Shown here one piece after another: positions 13,560 through 26,122 of a stretch of DNA of 64,000 bases (positions are counted from its first letter, which is position 1; each line of letters starts with the position of its first letter). The translations under genes and the position numbers were made by a program. The DNA comes from Squalus acanthias. Its lineage: Eukaryota. The DNA lies in contig CM059438.1 in assembly GCA_030390025.1 (NCBI GenBank), positions 52,950,001 to 53,014,000 on the forward strand, in the 5' to 3' direction. The notes under the pieces are model-generated. The model ran no database searches, was not told the DNA's origin, and was given only the letters and a program-made list of their open reading frames with translations.

Positions 13560-14151
13560 AACAAAAGTTGCAGCTGAGGCCGCCCTCCACCTGTCCATTG
13601 CTGCTGTCTCAGATTATGCGCCAGCTTGGCCTGTAAGAAAAAGGACAGCATCTGAGTAAATATACAGCCATGGTCTTGCCTGATGTGCCTCCCATAGGTG
13701 AATAGTCCTTACTGTATGCAGCCATGGTCTTGCCTGATGTGCCTCCCATAGGTGAATAGCCCTTACTGTATGCAAAGTGTGGAATGTGTGTGTGTGTTTC
13801 ATGAAAGGGCCATAGGTGTTGGATGAGTGTTGTGCATTGGGGTTTTAAGACCCTCTGGCCATAGAGTGAGGTTGAGATGGAGGGATGGAGAGGTATTGAG
13901 AAAAAGCCACTCACCCTGACGACCCGAGTGAGGTCGTTGAACTTTTTGCGGCATTGAGTATGGGTCCTGGGCACCATGCTCCTGGAGGAGACGCTCTGAG
14001 CCACCTCCCTCCACACTCTTCTGAACTCGCGTGGCAAAGGCCTCCTGCCACTCTCAGGGAAGAGTATACATCTTCTGCGCTCCACCGCGCCAACCAGAGC
14101 ATCCAAGGCCCGCTCGGTGAAGTGATGAGCTCGTTCTCTCACCCTCTCCAT
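13560..14151 (-). pseudogene. Harbinger Myb/SANT-like DNA-binding gene of H2 (exon 1 14151-13915, exon 2 from 13630, 3' part deleted)
   Basis: RERAHHFTERALDALVGAVERR...WREVAQSVSSRSMVPRTHTQCRKKFNDLTR|gtgagt; exon 2 AKLAHNLRQQQWTGGG. Confidence 0.85.
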
Positions 14152-16675
14152 CCTTGGCAGCAAAATGGATTCACAGGTCTCTCCAGGCCGAGATTCAAGG
14201 CTGCAATGAGCAGGGTGTGGCTGGGGAGCAAGTTGGCCCCCCCGGCTTTAAGAAGTGGCCGGCGCCAGTGTGTCTGTGTTCCCTCGCTAACTGGCAGCAG
14301 CTGCGCTGCGCTCGCGCGCTGAGTTAGCGCCTCACTGCTCGGCCTTTGCGCCTTAAGACAGGTGTGCAGCGCCTGATTTAGCGCTCCACTCACCTCCCGG
14401 GGCGGTAAAAGTGAAGTTTCCAGTCAGTGGCGATAATTAGCGCCAGGCGCTAATATTTGCGTCCAGACGATATTTGCGCCCCAAATGGGGCGCGACCTAA
14501 TTTTTCCCCCTATGACTCTAAAAGTGCGAAGTGATACATTTTGGTAGGAAGAACAAGGAGAGGCAATATAAACTAAAGGGTACAATTCTAAAGGGGTGCA
14601 TGAACAGAGAGATCTGTGGGTATATGTGCGTAAATCGTTGAAAGTGGCTGGGCAGGTTGAGATAGCAGTTAAAAAAGCATACGGGATCCTGGGCTTCATA
14701 AATAGAGGCATAGAGTACAAAAGCAAGGAAGTTATGATGAACCTTTATAAAACATTGGTTCGGCCTCAACTGGAGTATTATGTCCAACTCTGGGCACCGC
14801 ACTTTAGGAAGGATGTGAAGGCCTTAGAGAGGGTGCAGAAAAGATTTACAAGAATGGCTTCAGGGATGAGGGACTTCAGTTACGTGGATAGACTGGAGAA
14901 GCTGGGGTTGTTCTCCTTAGAGTAGAGAAGGTTGAGAGGAGATTTGATAGAGGTGTTCAAAATCATGAGGGGTCTAGACAGAGTAGAGAGAAACTGTTCC
15001 CTTTGTCGGAAGGGTTGAGAACCAGCGGACACAGATTTAAGGTGATTGGCAGAAGAACCAAAGGCGACATGAGGAAAAACTTTTTCACGCAGCGAGTGGT
15101 TAGGATCTGGAATGCACTGCCTGAAAGGGTGGTGGAGGAAGATTCAATCGTGGCTTTCAAAAGGGAATTGGATAAGTACCTGAAGGAAAAATTTTGCAGG
15201 GCTACGGGGAAAGGGCGGGGGAGTGGGACTAGCTGAAGTGCTCTTGCAGAGAGCCGGCACGGGCTCGACAGGCCGCATGGCCTCCTTCTGTGCTGTAACC
15301 ATTCTATGATTCTATGATTCAGCTGGCAGAGACATGATGGCCTGAATAGCCTCCTTCTGTGCCGTAAATTTCTATGGTTCTATTAATCTATTACAGCACC
15401 TGCTCCAGCCAGAATGCACCTCCACTTTAAGAGGTGCAGACTGGCTTTAAGTTGTGCAGTGTCGTATGAATTTCGGCCTCCTGCTGAGACATTCAGCCAC
15501 TCAACAGCGCGTTTAGTGCTGCCTCAACCCTGGCAGCACAAAGTTTGCGTGGTGTCTGCAGCGGAATTAACAGGCCTGCGCCTGTTAATTCCGCTGCAGA
15601 CACCAAACTTAATCATGCATTGCAATCCCCGAGCCCATTTTCTGGAGCTATCGAATTTAGCCCCCCCGGCTCTATCGGTATCATTTCCTGCACCAAATTT
15701 TGCTCACTCATCACTTCTGTCCTTGCTGACCTACATTGGTCCTTGGTCCCGCAACGGCTCAAATTTAAATTCTCATCCTCGAGTTTAAATCCCTTCATAG
15801 CCTCCCTTTCTCTCAAACTCCTCTCCCTCTAAATGTCCTTTCTCTCAACCCTGATCTCTCTGTCTTCCTTCTTTGTCTCAATCCCCTCTCTCTGTTTCTC
15901 TCAATGCAACCTCTCTGCCTGCCACTTTTTCAAATCTTATCTCGCTCTCTCTCAGACACCCTCTCTCCCTCAAACCCTCTGCTGTTTATCTCTTTGAAAC
16001 CTTTCTCCACTCTCTCTCTCTTAACCACCTCTCCCGAACTCACCTTTGCACTCCCTATCCCCAAACCTCCCTCTCAATTCCCCGTCTCTAAACCCCTCTC
16101 TCTTTCTCTATCTATTTCCTTTTCTCTCTGTTTCATAGGTGTTAGAAATTAGAATCTGTTTTATAGGTGTAAATTATTCGCATTGACGTTTTCTAGCTGC
16201 CAACCAAACACTGGTGAGATAATTAGTTGGCTTTAAAATTCAATTAAGAAAAAACTGAACACCAAGAATATGACTGAAGACTGATATGCTGAGAGAGATG
16301 AGCTGTTCCAAACTCCAAATGGATGCACATGTACCAGGCATGATCCAGGCGAGGGAAGTGGCCCAAAAGACTGACAATTAAAAAAAAATTCTGGATCCAA
16401 GGAGGCAGGCAATGTGGTCTGTGCAACCTCCATTCAAATGGCGGGCAGGCGCCACATTTTTCCAGCTGCATAGGGCAGGTGGGCACCGGAGGTGATCCCG
16501 CTTGGCGCAGGCATCCACTAGCCCTATGCAAATTAGGTTCACTCCCTCAGACCCCACAAACTTTGGGATCATAGCCCTTGGATCTTTGGGACCCTGACCA
16601 TTCTCAGCAGAAAAATGAAACAATGAACTATAAAAAGTTAATTTCCTTTTCACAATGATGATTTTATCTTTGTAC

Positions 16676-16758
16676 CTGTTTTGAATTCCACTTGAATCAA
16701 GTTTTACTCCAAAATAGACTGCACCAAGGAACAATCCCAGGAGACTATTCATAAATAT
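16676..16758 (-). CDS. ABCG2: ABCG2-like exon (equivalent to exon 10): TM1
   Basis: IFMNSLLGLFLGAVYFGVKLDSSGIQNR; cag|...|gtac; 83 bp. Confidence 0.92.
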
Positions 16759-16868
16759 CTGCATTGAGATTACAGAAGTAATGTAAAATCATTTCAGCAG
16801 AGATCTGTACAAAATTCACATATATATTTAACTGGTGTTTAAGTCAGTTTGTTTTCAATTCCTCTCAC

Positions 16869-17137
16869 CTCAGCAATAGATGACTGGGGGTTTCGGATAA
16901 GATTCTTAAATAACCTGTTACTAACCCAGTAAAGTTGATGTAAGAAAGTTGTTGTATATGTTACTGATTGCATTTGTATTTCTTTTATTTCCCTACCACC
17001 TCTGTTTCCTTCTATCTTCTTAAGCATCTCCATTGTCTCTTGATATTGGCTTGATTTCACATAAGCTTCAGCCAGCTTCTCTGCAATAGTTTTTTCCTGT
17101 TCCACATCAATGTAATCGGAGGTTGAGTTTTCTGCAA
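16869..17137 (-). CDS. ABCG2: ABCG2-like exon (equivalent to exon 9): NBD-TMD linker
   Basis: ...EKLAEAYVKSSQYQET...YTTTFLHQLYWVSNRLFKNLIRNPQSSIAE; cag|...|gtgag; an alternative in-frame acceptor lies 6 nt downstream. Confidence 0.88.
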
Positions 17138-18761
17138 CTGAAAGAATGAGCATCTCCATAAACTTATCAACACATTCAAGTGCCATATTCCTATTGGTAC
17201 AAGCCTAGTATGGATTAGTATTAATGATTAATTATTTATTGAGAACTTACAATGACATAGTACTTTTAATGTAAAGGAGCATCCCCAGGTGCTTCACAAA
17301 GAAAAGAAGCAGGCATCGATCCTTTGTGGCATGATTACGAAAGGTGACTGGCTTTTAAGGATGTTTTTAAAACTAGAGAGAGGTAGAAAGGTGGTGGGGA
17401 TTGGGGAAGGCTTTCCAAAGAGTAGGACCTAAACAGTTAAAGGATCTGCCACCAAAAGTGGAATAAAGGCAAGGAAATGCACAGAAACCGGAGTCAGAGG
17501 ATCAGAAATGCACAAGGGGATTTAAGGCTGGATAAAATTTTAAATATAGGGTGGGTCCAGGAGGGTTTTGTAGTCCAGGACAATGATTTTAACTTCAATC
17601 CACTGGGGAAGGGGGAGCAAATGTAGGTCAGTGAGGATGATGAGTGAGTGGGGCTTAGTGCAGAGCAGAATGTTGGCTTTTATCTGGCTGAAGCCTTTTA
17701 AAGCTTGCACCAGAACTGTATTTCCCTTCCGTCCAGTGGTGGTAAACCCATTAGGAATGGTATTACCAATTCAAAGCTGCTCTGCATAGCAAATTAGGTC
17801 ACTAGGAGGAAATTGTAGTAACTTAGCAGCAGATTCATGGTGGCATGCAGTATTCAACCTCCATCACTTAGCCACCGAGAGGAGAACCCAGTCCATGGTG
17901 TATATATTCTCACAGGAGACTTATTACAAATATTTAGGCATATGGTATGAGGAATTGTAGCAGTATGGATAAAAAGTCATAGAAACCGTGCAGCATAGAT
18001 TCACCAGAATGATTTCAGGGATGGGAACACTATAAGAGATCTGTGAGAATGGGGGTAATTTTAATTTTCAACAAAGGTGTAAAGCAGGCGATATCGGATC
18101 GGCTGCCCTTTATACACCCTGCTCCTTTCCATTAACTTCAATCTTTCAGAGTGAGCAGAGGAAATTCCATCCCTTAACTGTAAGGGAAATATTACTCTAA
18201 TACCTAGTGCTTGACCTTAGTAGGTGCTCCCAAGTCCTGCAATGGACACCTTAAGTACTTGTCCAACAACCATTATTTCCTGTCTGCTGCCTGCTCCATG
18301 TGTTCTGAATATTTCTTCCCGACTACACATTTAGTCATGCCTGCATAAATTAATGCTGAGAGCAAATTTCTGAGATTTAATTTATTTAGAAAAATTAAAG
18401 TTAGATGATGGTATCCATCATTATTTATTCAACTGAGATCATAAGGGTAAATTTTACAAGTTTGTGCTCATGGCAGTTCTGTGCAGTGACAGTGTACATA
18501 GGGAACTTGAGCAGAGATCAGTGCACCCAATGCATGGCCTGCACAATTTTCTTCCAATTGAAACTAATTGTGGAAAATCATGTGGGCCACAAATTGAGCA
18601 CGCTGATCCGTGCAACCAAACTCCCCATTTTACAGTCCAGTCGCATGAACCCCTGCATCAGGAGAGCAAACTCATAAATTTTCCCTTTAGTTATATGCTC
18701 AAAAAGTTACCCATAACATTTGTATATGTTCTGTAAATGAAAAATGCATCTAAAACCTTGA

Positions 18762-19599
18762 GGGGGAGAAATTCGGTATCGCCCCGTTTGGGGCGCAATT
18801 ATCGGCTAATTATCGCCTCCGACTGCAAACTTGGCTTCTATCGCCCCTGGAGGTGATTGGAGTGCTAAATCAGGCGCTACACACCTCTCTTAAGGCACTA
18901 ATGCCGAGGAGCGAGGCGCTATCTCAGAGCGCTGGCGAAGCTCATGTGATGTCAGTCAGCAATGGAACACAGACACACTGGCACAGGCCAGTTCTTAAAG
19001 GGAGGGTCGATCTTGCTCTCCATCCACACCCTGCTCATTGCAGCCTTGAATCTCGGCCTGGAGAGACCTGTACATCAATTCTGCTGGAAAGAACAATGGA
19101 GAGGCCCAGGGAAAGATGTCAGAGTGCAGCCCCCATAGTCTCTTCTAAATTGATGCAAGGAAGATCAGATCAAAATGAACCTGCAAAGTGCTGCTCAGTA
19201 CCCAAAACTCCTCAACACAGTGTTGCGTATCTCCAGCAGTCTCTCTCTCTCTCACTCAGAATGCGTGGTGCAAAAATGTCGCCGAAAAGAAAGGCAGGAA
19301 CCGGTCGCCTTTAAATAGCGCTCCCCCAGTCCCTTCCCGACTGCAAAATGCTCCCCTCAACCTGTCGTTGCTAGCAGCAGGCGGTAAGGCAGGGGGCACC
19401 ACTCAATATCCGGTCCAGGGCGCTACCGGGGCGTTGCACGCTCGACTGACGTGGCGGTAGTATTTAGCAACGCCGCAAAATGTCTGGTCAATTTTGCGAG
19501 CGGCGCAAACATCGCCGCACCTGGGTGCTAGTTGCTTTGCGCCCCATTAGCGCCCTCTTAAGGCGCTAACGGGGCGCAAACCAACCGAATTTTTCCCCC
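18762..19599 (-). mobile_element. Non-autonomous Harbinger deletion derivative H3 (838 bp)
   Basis: TIRs GGGGGAGAAATTCGG / CCGAATTTTTCCCCC; Myb-gene 5' stub joined to the transposase 5' stub near 19115; same family as H1/H2. Confidence 0.88.
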
Positions 19600-19652
19600 T
19601 TAGTGTTAGGAGGAACAACTAATTTAAATGTCTGAAATATCACCATATATAC

Positions 19653-19784
19653 CTTGGCATTCAAGGTTAGAACTTATTGCAAGTGGTTGATTTTCTTTAT
19701 TATTAGTGACAACTGCAGTGGTGTCTCCATTAATAACATCTAAAAAGAAATCCGCTGGGTTGTTGAAGGTCTCGCACTGATATC
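19653..19784 (-). CDS. ABCG2: ABCG2-like exon (equivalent to exon 8)
   Basis: GYQCETFNNPADFFLDVINGD (ABCG NPADF motif); ttttag|...|gtat; 132 bp, phase 1-1. Confidence 0.9.
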
Positions 19785-20387
19785 CTAAAACAAGAGACAC
19801 AGCACCAATATTTATATTCTGGATTTTCATTACAGTGTCAAGTACCTGTGGATTTGAACCAGATTCATTACTTCTTCCCTCTCTTCGCCCCCTCAGGCTT
19901 TTCTCTCCTGTCTCCTACCCTTCCTATCACTTAATCAAGCCATCTTTCATTTCTCCCCTCTTAGGTATCCTGTGTCCCATCCCCCCCTGCCCCCGCCTGC
20001 CCCCCCCCCCCCGGAATCCCAACCACAGCCCATCAGTATTTCTATGCCTTCCCACACTCTTGCTGCTATCCCAGGCTTGAACCTGTGTGCCTCTCTTGGC
20101 ATTCTTTGAAGGGGCCACGGAGACACCTATTGCTGCCTAGTTACGAACAGCAATCTCAACTGCTTATCCTCCTCTCTCATGGACCACCAGCCCAGTGTGC
20201 CAGCTGGGGACTAAGCTGGCCAACTTCCTTCCTGTCCTGTTCACCCCATCCATCATTGCATTGGGCCCTGCCAGCAGATCAACAGTCACTGCCTGTCTCT
20301 GAATTTACCTCCAGAATGTCCGTTCACTCATGAACAAGGCCCTTGCCATCCACAGCTTTATTGTGGATAATTGTGTACCGAAGGGAA

Positions 20388-23142
20388 TGGTAACATAGTG
20401 GTAATGTTACTGGGCTAGTAATCCAGAGGCCTGGACTAATGATCCAGACGTGAGTTCAAATTCCATCACGGGAGCTGGGAAATTTAAATTCAGTTAATTA
20501 AATAAATCTGGAATAAAAAGCTAGTATCAGTAATGGTAACCATGAAACTATCGGATTGTCGAAAAAAACATCTTGTTCACTAATGTCCTTTAGGAAAGGA
20601 AATCTGCCGTCCTTACCTGGTCTGGCCTATATGCAACTCCAGACCCACAGCAATGTGGTTGACTCTTAACTGCCCTCTGAAATGGCCTAACAAGCCACTC
20701 AGTTGTAACAAACTGCTATGAAACACAATAATAAGAATAAAACCGGATGGACCGCCCGGCATCGCCCTCGACACACAGAGCCCAGTCAACCCTGCAAAGT
20801 CCTCCTCACCAACATCTGGGGACTTGTGCCAAAATTGGGAGAGCTGTCCCACAGACTAGGCAAGCAACAGCCTGACATAGTCATACTCAGAGAATCATTC
20901 CTTTCAGCCAATGTCCCAAACTCCTCCATCACCATCCCTGGGTATGTCCTGTCCCACCGGGGGTGGCGGCACAGTGGTATACAGTTGGGAAGGAGTGGCC
21001 CTGGGAGTCCTCAACATTGACTCCGGACCCCATGAAGTCTCATGGCTTCAGGTCAAGCATGGGCAAGGAAACCTCCTGCTGATTACCACCTACCACCTTC
21101 AGCTGATGAATCAGTACTCCTCCATGTTGAACACCACTTGGAAGAAGCACTGAGAGTAGCAAGGGCACAGAATGTGCGCTGGGTGGGGGACTTCAATGTC
21201 CATCACCAAGAGTAGCTCGGTAGCACCACTACTGACCGAGCTGGCCGAGTCCTGAAGGACATAGCTGCCAATCTGGGCCTGTGACAGGTGGTGAGAGAAC
21301 CAACACGAGGGAAAAACCTACTTGACCTCGTCCTCACCAATCTACCTGTCGCAGATGCATCTGCCCATGACAGCATTGGTAGGAGTGACCACCGCACAGT
21401 CCTTGTGGAGACGAAGTCCCGTCTCACACTGAGGACACCCTCCATCGTGTGCTAAATGGGATAGATTCAGAGCAGCTCAAAACTGGGCATTCATGAGGCG
21501 CTGTGGGCCATCAGCAGCAGCAGAATTGTATTCCACCACAATATGTAACCTCATGGCCCGGCATATCCCTCACTCTACCATTACCATCAAGCCAGGGGAC
21601 CAACCCTGGTTCAATAAGGAGTGTAGAAGAGCATGCCAGGCGTACCTAAAAATGAGGTACCAACCTGGGGAAGCTGCAACACAGGATTACATGCATGCTA
21701 AAAAGCTGAAGCAGCATGCTATAGGCAGGGCAAAGAGATCCCACAATCAACAGATCAGATCAAAGCTCTGCAGTCCTGCCACATCCAGTGGTGAATGGTG
21801 GTGGACCATTAAACAACAAACGGGAGGAGGAGGCTCCATGAATATCCCCATCCTCAATGATGGTGGAGCCGAGCACTTACTCAGCAATAACCTGGTCACT
21901 AATGCCCAGTTTGGGTTCCGCCAAGACCACTCGGCTCCCGACCTCATTACAGCCTTGGTCCAAAAATGGACAAAGGAGCTGAACTCTAGAGGTGAGGTGA
22001 GAGTGACTAACCTTGACATCAAGGCAGCATTTGAACAAGTGTGGCATCAAGGAGCCCTAGTAAAACTGAAGTCAATGGGAATCGGGGGGAAAACTCTCCA
22101 CTGGCTGGAGTCATACCTAGCACAAAGGAAGATGGTTGTGGTGGTTGGAGGTCAATCATCACAGCCCCAGGACATCGCTGCAGGAGTTCCTCAGGGCAGT
22201 GTCCTAGGCCCAACCATCTTCAGCTGCTTCATCAATGACCTTCCCTCCAACATAAGATCAGAAATGGGGATGTTCACTGATTACTGCACAGTGTTCAGTG
22301 CCATTCACAACTCCTCAGATAATGAAGCAGTCCATGCCCGCATGCAACAAGACCTGGACGACGTTCAGGCTTGGGCTGATAAGTGGCAGGTAACATTCGT
22401 GCCACACAAGTGCTAGGCAATGACTATCTCCAACAAGCGAGAGTCTAACCACCACCCCTTGACATTCAACGGCATTACCATCGCCAAATCCCCCACCATC
22501 AACATCCTGGGGGTCACCATTGACCAGAAACTTAACTGGACCAGCCACATAAATATTGTGGCAACAAGAGCAGGTCAGAGGCTATTCTGTGGCGAGTGTC
22601 TCACCTCCTGACTCTGCAAAGCCTTTCCATCATCTACAAGGCACAAGTGTGATGGAATACTCTCCACTTGCCTGGATGAATGCAGCTCCAACAACACTTA
22701 AGAAGCTCGACACCATCCAAGACAAAGCAGACCGCTTGATTGGCACCCCATCCACCACCTTAAATGTTCACTCCCTCCACCACTCCCTACAAGATGCACT
22801 GCAGCAACTCGCCAAGGGTTCTTCGGCAGCACCTCCCAAACCTGCGACCTTTACCACTTAGAAGGACAAGGGCAGCAGGCGCATGGGAACACCACCACCT
22901 CCAAGTTCCCCTCCAAGTCACACACCATCCTGACTTGGAAATATATCACCATCCTTCATCGTCGCTGGGTCAAAATCCTGGAACTCCCTCCCTAACAGCA
23001 TGGTGGGAGTACCTTCACAACACGGACTGCAGCAGTTCAAGGTGGTGGCTCACCACCTCCTTCTCAAGATCAATATGGATGGGCAATAAATGCTGGCATT
23101 GCCAGCGACGCCCACATCCCATAAAAACAAATTTAAAAAAAA
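20388..23142 (+). mobile_element. CR1/L2-clade LINE with tRNA-like 5' head and internal deletions, nested in an older L2 endonuclease fragment
   Basis: A/B-box-like head (tagtggtaatg...gagttcaaat), EN (DFNVHH, LDLVLTN, SDHRTV), RT ([15 protein letters not shown]), AATAAA plus A-rich tail near 23085-23142; host L2 (LQNVRSL at ~20309) resumes near 23270. Confidence 0.8.
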
Positions 23143-24019
23143 CTAAAATTGCAGTGACATCCTGGGTGGAACATTCAACTTCAGTGGTGGTGTAAAACGG
23201 AAGTTTTCAGATCAGCCACCCGTTATACACCCCGCCCGACTTTCCTTTCGATTGACGTTACCTTGCCCAGTTCTGAAGCTTCCGCAGCTTGCTTTTCACT
23301 ACATGCCCCACCCAAACCGTTGCAGTGTCAGTGTGACCTTCAACACCAAATCACATCTTGGTCACTCCCTCCACCCCTCTGGTACTTTCTTCACCTTTGA
23401 GCACCTCAACTTGTTCTACCCTCACCTCTCCTATAAAATCATCATTGACTACCATCCCCCAAGCTCCAGCCCAAGATTCACAGTCTGCTCTGCCCTCCTG
23501 ATGTGCTTTGCTGCACTGCCGAGCTTTCAGATGACAAGAAGCTTGGAAATGTAGTAAACAGTGAGAAGGATGAAGAGATGAAGATGAAGAGACCAAATGA
23601 CCAATCATTCCTACCCCGGTCCCCAGGCACCCCGCTCAAAGGATGCATTCTGAATCTGAAGGCGAGCAGACCCAGGCATCCACCAAGAAAGTACAAGTGG
23701 TGCCTGCATTTTCTGGGAACCTCACCCTGTGGAGCTAGGTAATGAGTAACTCCATTCCAGAAATCCCTCAGTGAAAAATAGCAGTCTAACACCTTACTTC
23801 TTTCTCTCAGTAGAGTAGCACTTAGAAGGAGCACTAGATTAAGTTCAAAGTTTAATGTCATCAAGGGGAAGAGGCAGTGAAAAAAAAGTAGATCATACTA
23901 GAAGCACATTGAATTGGACATAGTTGTAAGGGATGTTGGTGTTTCCTTACATGCCCTCTGCCTTTTATGCTGGAGTATATGTTCACAGTGAGTGAGGGAT
24001 AGTGTGGACCTGTCATATA

Positions 24020-24146
24020 TGACGAAGGGTCATCGATCTGAAATGTTACCTCTGTTTCTCTCCACAGATGCTGCCTGACCTACTGAGTATTTCTAGCATT
24101 TTCTCTTTTTATTTCAGATTTCCAGCATATGCAGTATCTTGCTTTT
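24020..24146 (+). mobile_element. Penelope-like terminal fragment with degenerate hammerhead core
   Basis: TGACGAAGGGTCATCGATCTGAAATGTT followed by ctctccacagatgctgcctgacc-type sequence recognised from fish PLE ends. Confidence 0.6.
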
Positions 24147-24199
24147 GTATCATATATGGGGTTGGTGTGTCAGTCCAGGGAGAATTTGATCCACTTGGG

Positions 24200-24830
24200 G
24201 TTTTGACCTTTTAAATCAAGTGGTTTATAATTAATTTTTGTTGGATTCCATGAGCATGTTCCTGCTGAAGGGATGCTGGCAAATTTGCAGGTTGTGCTTC
24301 TTGGTCTGGCATGTCTGTGGCCCCTTCCACCAGGTCCCTGCTGCAAGTTGACGCCTATCTGAACTACAAAAGTATGAAGCATGCAGCGGATCATGATAAT
24401 TTTGGATACTGTTTGCAGGGCTGTTTAGCAGCATTCCCCCCAATCAATCTAGGCAATGGAACCTTTTTTATTTACACAGCCCTGTTGTGCTCTGTACTAG
24501 ATTTAGTGGCAGAATGTGTCTCATTGCACTTTCTGCTGCTGTTCTCAGGTACTGGGCAGGTGTCGGTAGCTATGGTTTCAATGGGTATCCCTGGTCTCCA
24601 TCCATTGAGGGCTGTCTGTTCCTGAAGTAAGCGTAGTACTGTTAACTGGTGGAGCATAAAGGACTCATGAATACTGCCAGGATACTTGGCATATATCTCC
24701 ATGATTAAATAACAATGGTCGCAAACAATCTGAACATTGATAAGAGTGGAACGCTTCTTGTTCATGAACGCATTGGTGGCAGGAGGCCATTTGGCCACCC
24801 GAGGTTGGGTGGCTGATTCATTTGGGGTGA
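24200..24830 (-). pseudogene. Old Harbinger transposase remnant
   Basis: INVQIVCDH...KYPGSIHESF..L, and MIRCMLH on the minus strand. Confidence 0.65.
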
Positions 24831-24940
24831 AAATTCAGAAATAAACATCCCCAATCGATGTTTTACGCCAAGTGATCCAGAGGAAGACAAATTTTGTGAC
24901 GCGTTAGAATTCCTGGGGTAAAAGTGATTAACCCCCAAAA

Positions 24941-25345
24941 TGCTCAGCTTGGCTCAGTGGTAAAGGTCTCACTTCTGAGTCAGATGGGTGTGGGTTCAAG
25001 CCCCACTCCACATATCTGAACACAAAATGTAGGCTGACACTTCAGTGTAGGCTTGAGGGAGTCTTGCATTGCCGGAAGTGTTACCTTTCAGAAGAGATGT
25101 TAAACCAAGGCCCTGTCCGCCTGTTCAGGTGGATGTAAAATATCAAGGTGGATGTAAAAGATCGCATAGCAGTATTCAGAGAGCAGGGGAGCTCTCTCGG
25201 TGTTGTAGCCAACATTTATCCCTCAGCCAATACTGCAAAAACAGATTATCTGGTTGTTCATCTCATCACTGTTAGTGGGACACTACTGTGCGCTAATTGG
25301 CTTCTGCAAAAACAACAGTGATAAGTTCCATTATAAATGCAAGTC
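24941..25345 (+). mobile_element. tRNA-derived Deu-domain SINE (SacSINE1/AmnSINE-like)
   Basis: tRNA head (tggctcagtggt...gggttcaagcccc), Deu-like core (gaggga...gttaaaccaaggccc...caggtggatgtaaaagatc), L2-like tail ataaatgcaagtcttt. Confidence 0.72.
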
Positions 25346-25497
25346 TTTCAAATACAAGCCTCTTCTGTCCCATGGAAAGCCTAGGATTAGCACAAAGAAG
25401 GTGCAAGGACACTGCCCCCAGTTTGCTGCGCCTGACATGTGTCTGTGCTGCCAGCACTCAGAAGTAGAATTGCAGCCTCTACTAAACTGTTTCTTAC

Positions 25498-25649
25498 CAA
25501 TAGATGAAAAGTATTGTAATGCAGTTTTGGCTGGGCCATGATACAACATTCTTCCATTCGCCAGGAGTGTCAGGCTGTCAAAAAGCTTAAATATAAAGTA
25601 TCGAGGCTGGTGGATAGAGATTATAATCGTTCTACCGCATCTTGAAAGT
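25498..25649 (-). CDS. ABCG2: ABCG2-like exon (equivalent to exon 7): H-loop
   Basis: LSRCGRTIIISIHQPRYFIFKLFDSLTLLANGRMLYHGPAKTALQYFSSI; tag|...|gtaag; 152 bp. Confidence 0.95.
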
Positions 25650-25927
25650 CTAAGATGAGAAAAATAAGAATTCATAAAAAGTTTATTGAAAATATGCTTC
25701 AGATCTTCACCAAGTATTTTCGCCGGGTCTCCCGATTGACCACAATAACTTTAGCGGAAGATCAGCAGAAACCCCATTTACACATCTGTCCGGGGTCTTC
25801 GCCAATCTTCTACCCAAGTTAAGTCAACTAATCAAGAACCAAAGAAAAATTCCGGCAGTTAACATTTTAATAGCATAAGGCAAATTTTAATTACAGAATC
25901 CATTAACAGGTACAGCAATGGCTTTCT

Positions 25928-26062
25928 GGCCTAAACTTTCTGAATACTCGCCATTGACAAGGAACTTCACCCACCACCAACGCATACTGGAAAATCACAG
26001 GCATATGTGCTGCTGGTAGGCAAGGTTCCTCATCACTGGTGTGTACTGGAAAAATTTAGGCC
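25928..26062. repeat. Short imperfect palindrome (MITE-like hairpin)
   Basis: GGCCTAAACTTTC...GAAAAATTTAGGCC with inner arms (ggaact / ggttcc). Confidence 0.55.
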
Positions 26063-26122
26063 TTTGAATTAACATTAGAATAACCAGGGAAAACAATAGA
26101 CAGGGCATTAAATGGAAGTTAT

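Larger units (their letters stand above)
11646..14510 (+). mobile_element. Harbinger transposon H2 with both termini (2865 bp, 3-bp TSD TAT)
   Basis: Imperfect TIRs GGGGTAAAAATT / AATTTTTCCCCC; TAT on both sides; transposase on +, Myb gene on -. Confidence 0.92.
10150..14520 (+). mobile_element. 5'-truncated CR1 LINE B (10150-11645, tail resumes 14511-14520)
   Basis: [41 protein letters not shown]; tail tataactctat|H2|gactcta. Confidence 0.85.
8880..15320 (+). mobile_element. CR1 LINE A (8880-10149 plus 14521-15320), split by CR1 B and Harbinger H2
   Basis: EN motifs (DFNYPNMDW, LDLVLGN, SDHSII); RT frame MKFNAE (10131-10149) resumes as KCEVIHFG at ~14521; 3' tail (ATTCTATG)n near 15300. 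Confidence 0.85.

Noticed and set aside
13665..13772. 50-bp tandem repeat resembling a repeat-spacer array
   Set aside because: Simple two-copy duplication in the Myb gene intron; eukaryotic context, no spacers, not CRISPR
15820..16135. ORFs in a CT-rich tract
   Set aside because: Low-complexity pyrimidine-rich sequence
16240..16350. Possible next ABCG2 exon
   Set aside because: No frame resembling the expected GxLFF...FSS.SA.ELF sequence; the next exon probably lies beyond the window start
24945..25010. tRNA gene
   Set aside because: Degenerate SINE head followed by a Deu-like core; no complete cloverleaf
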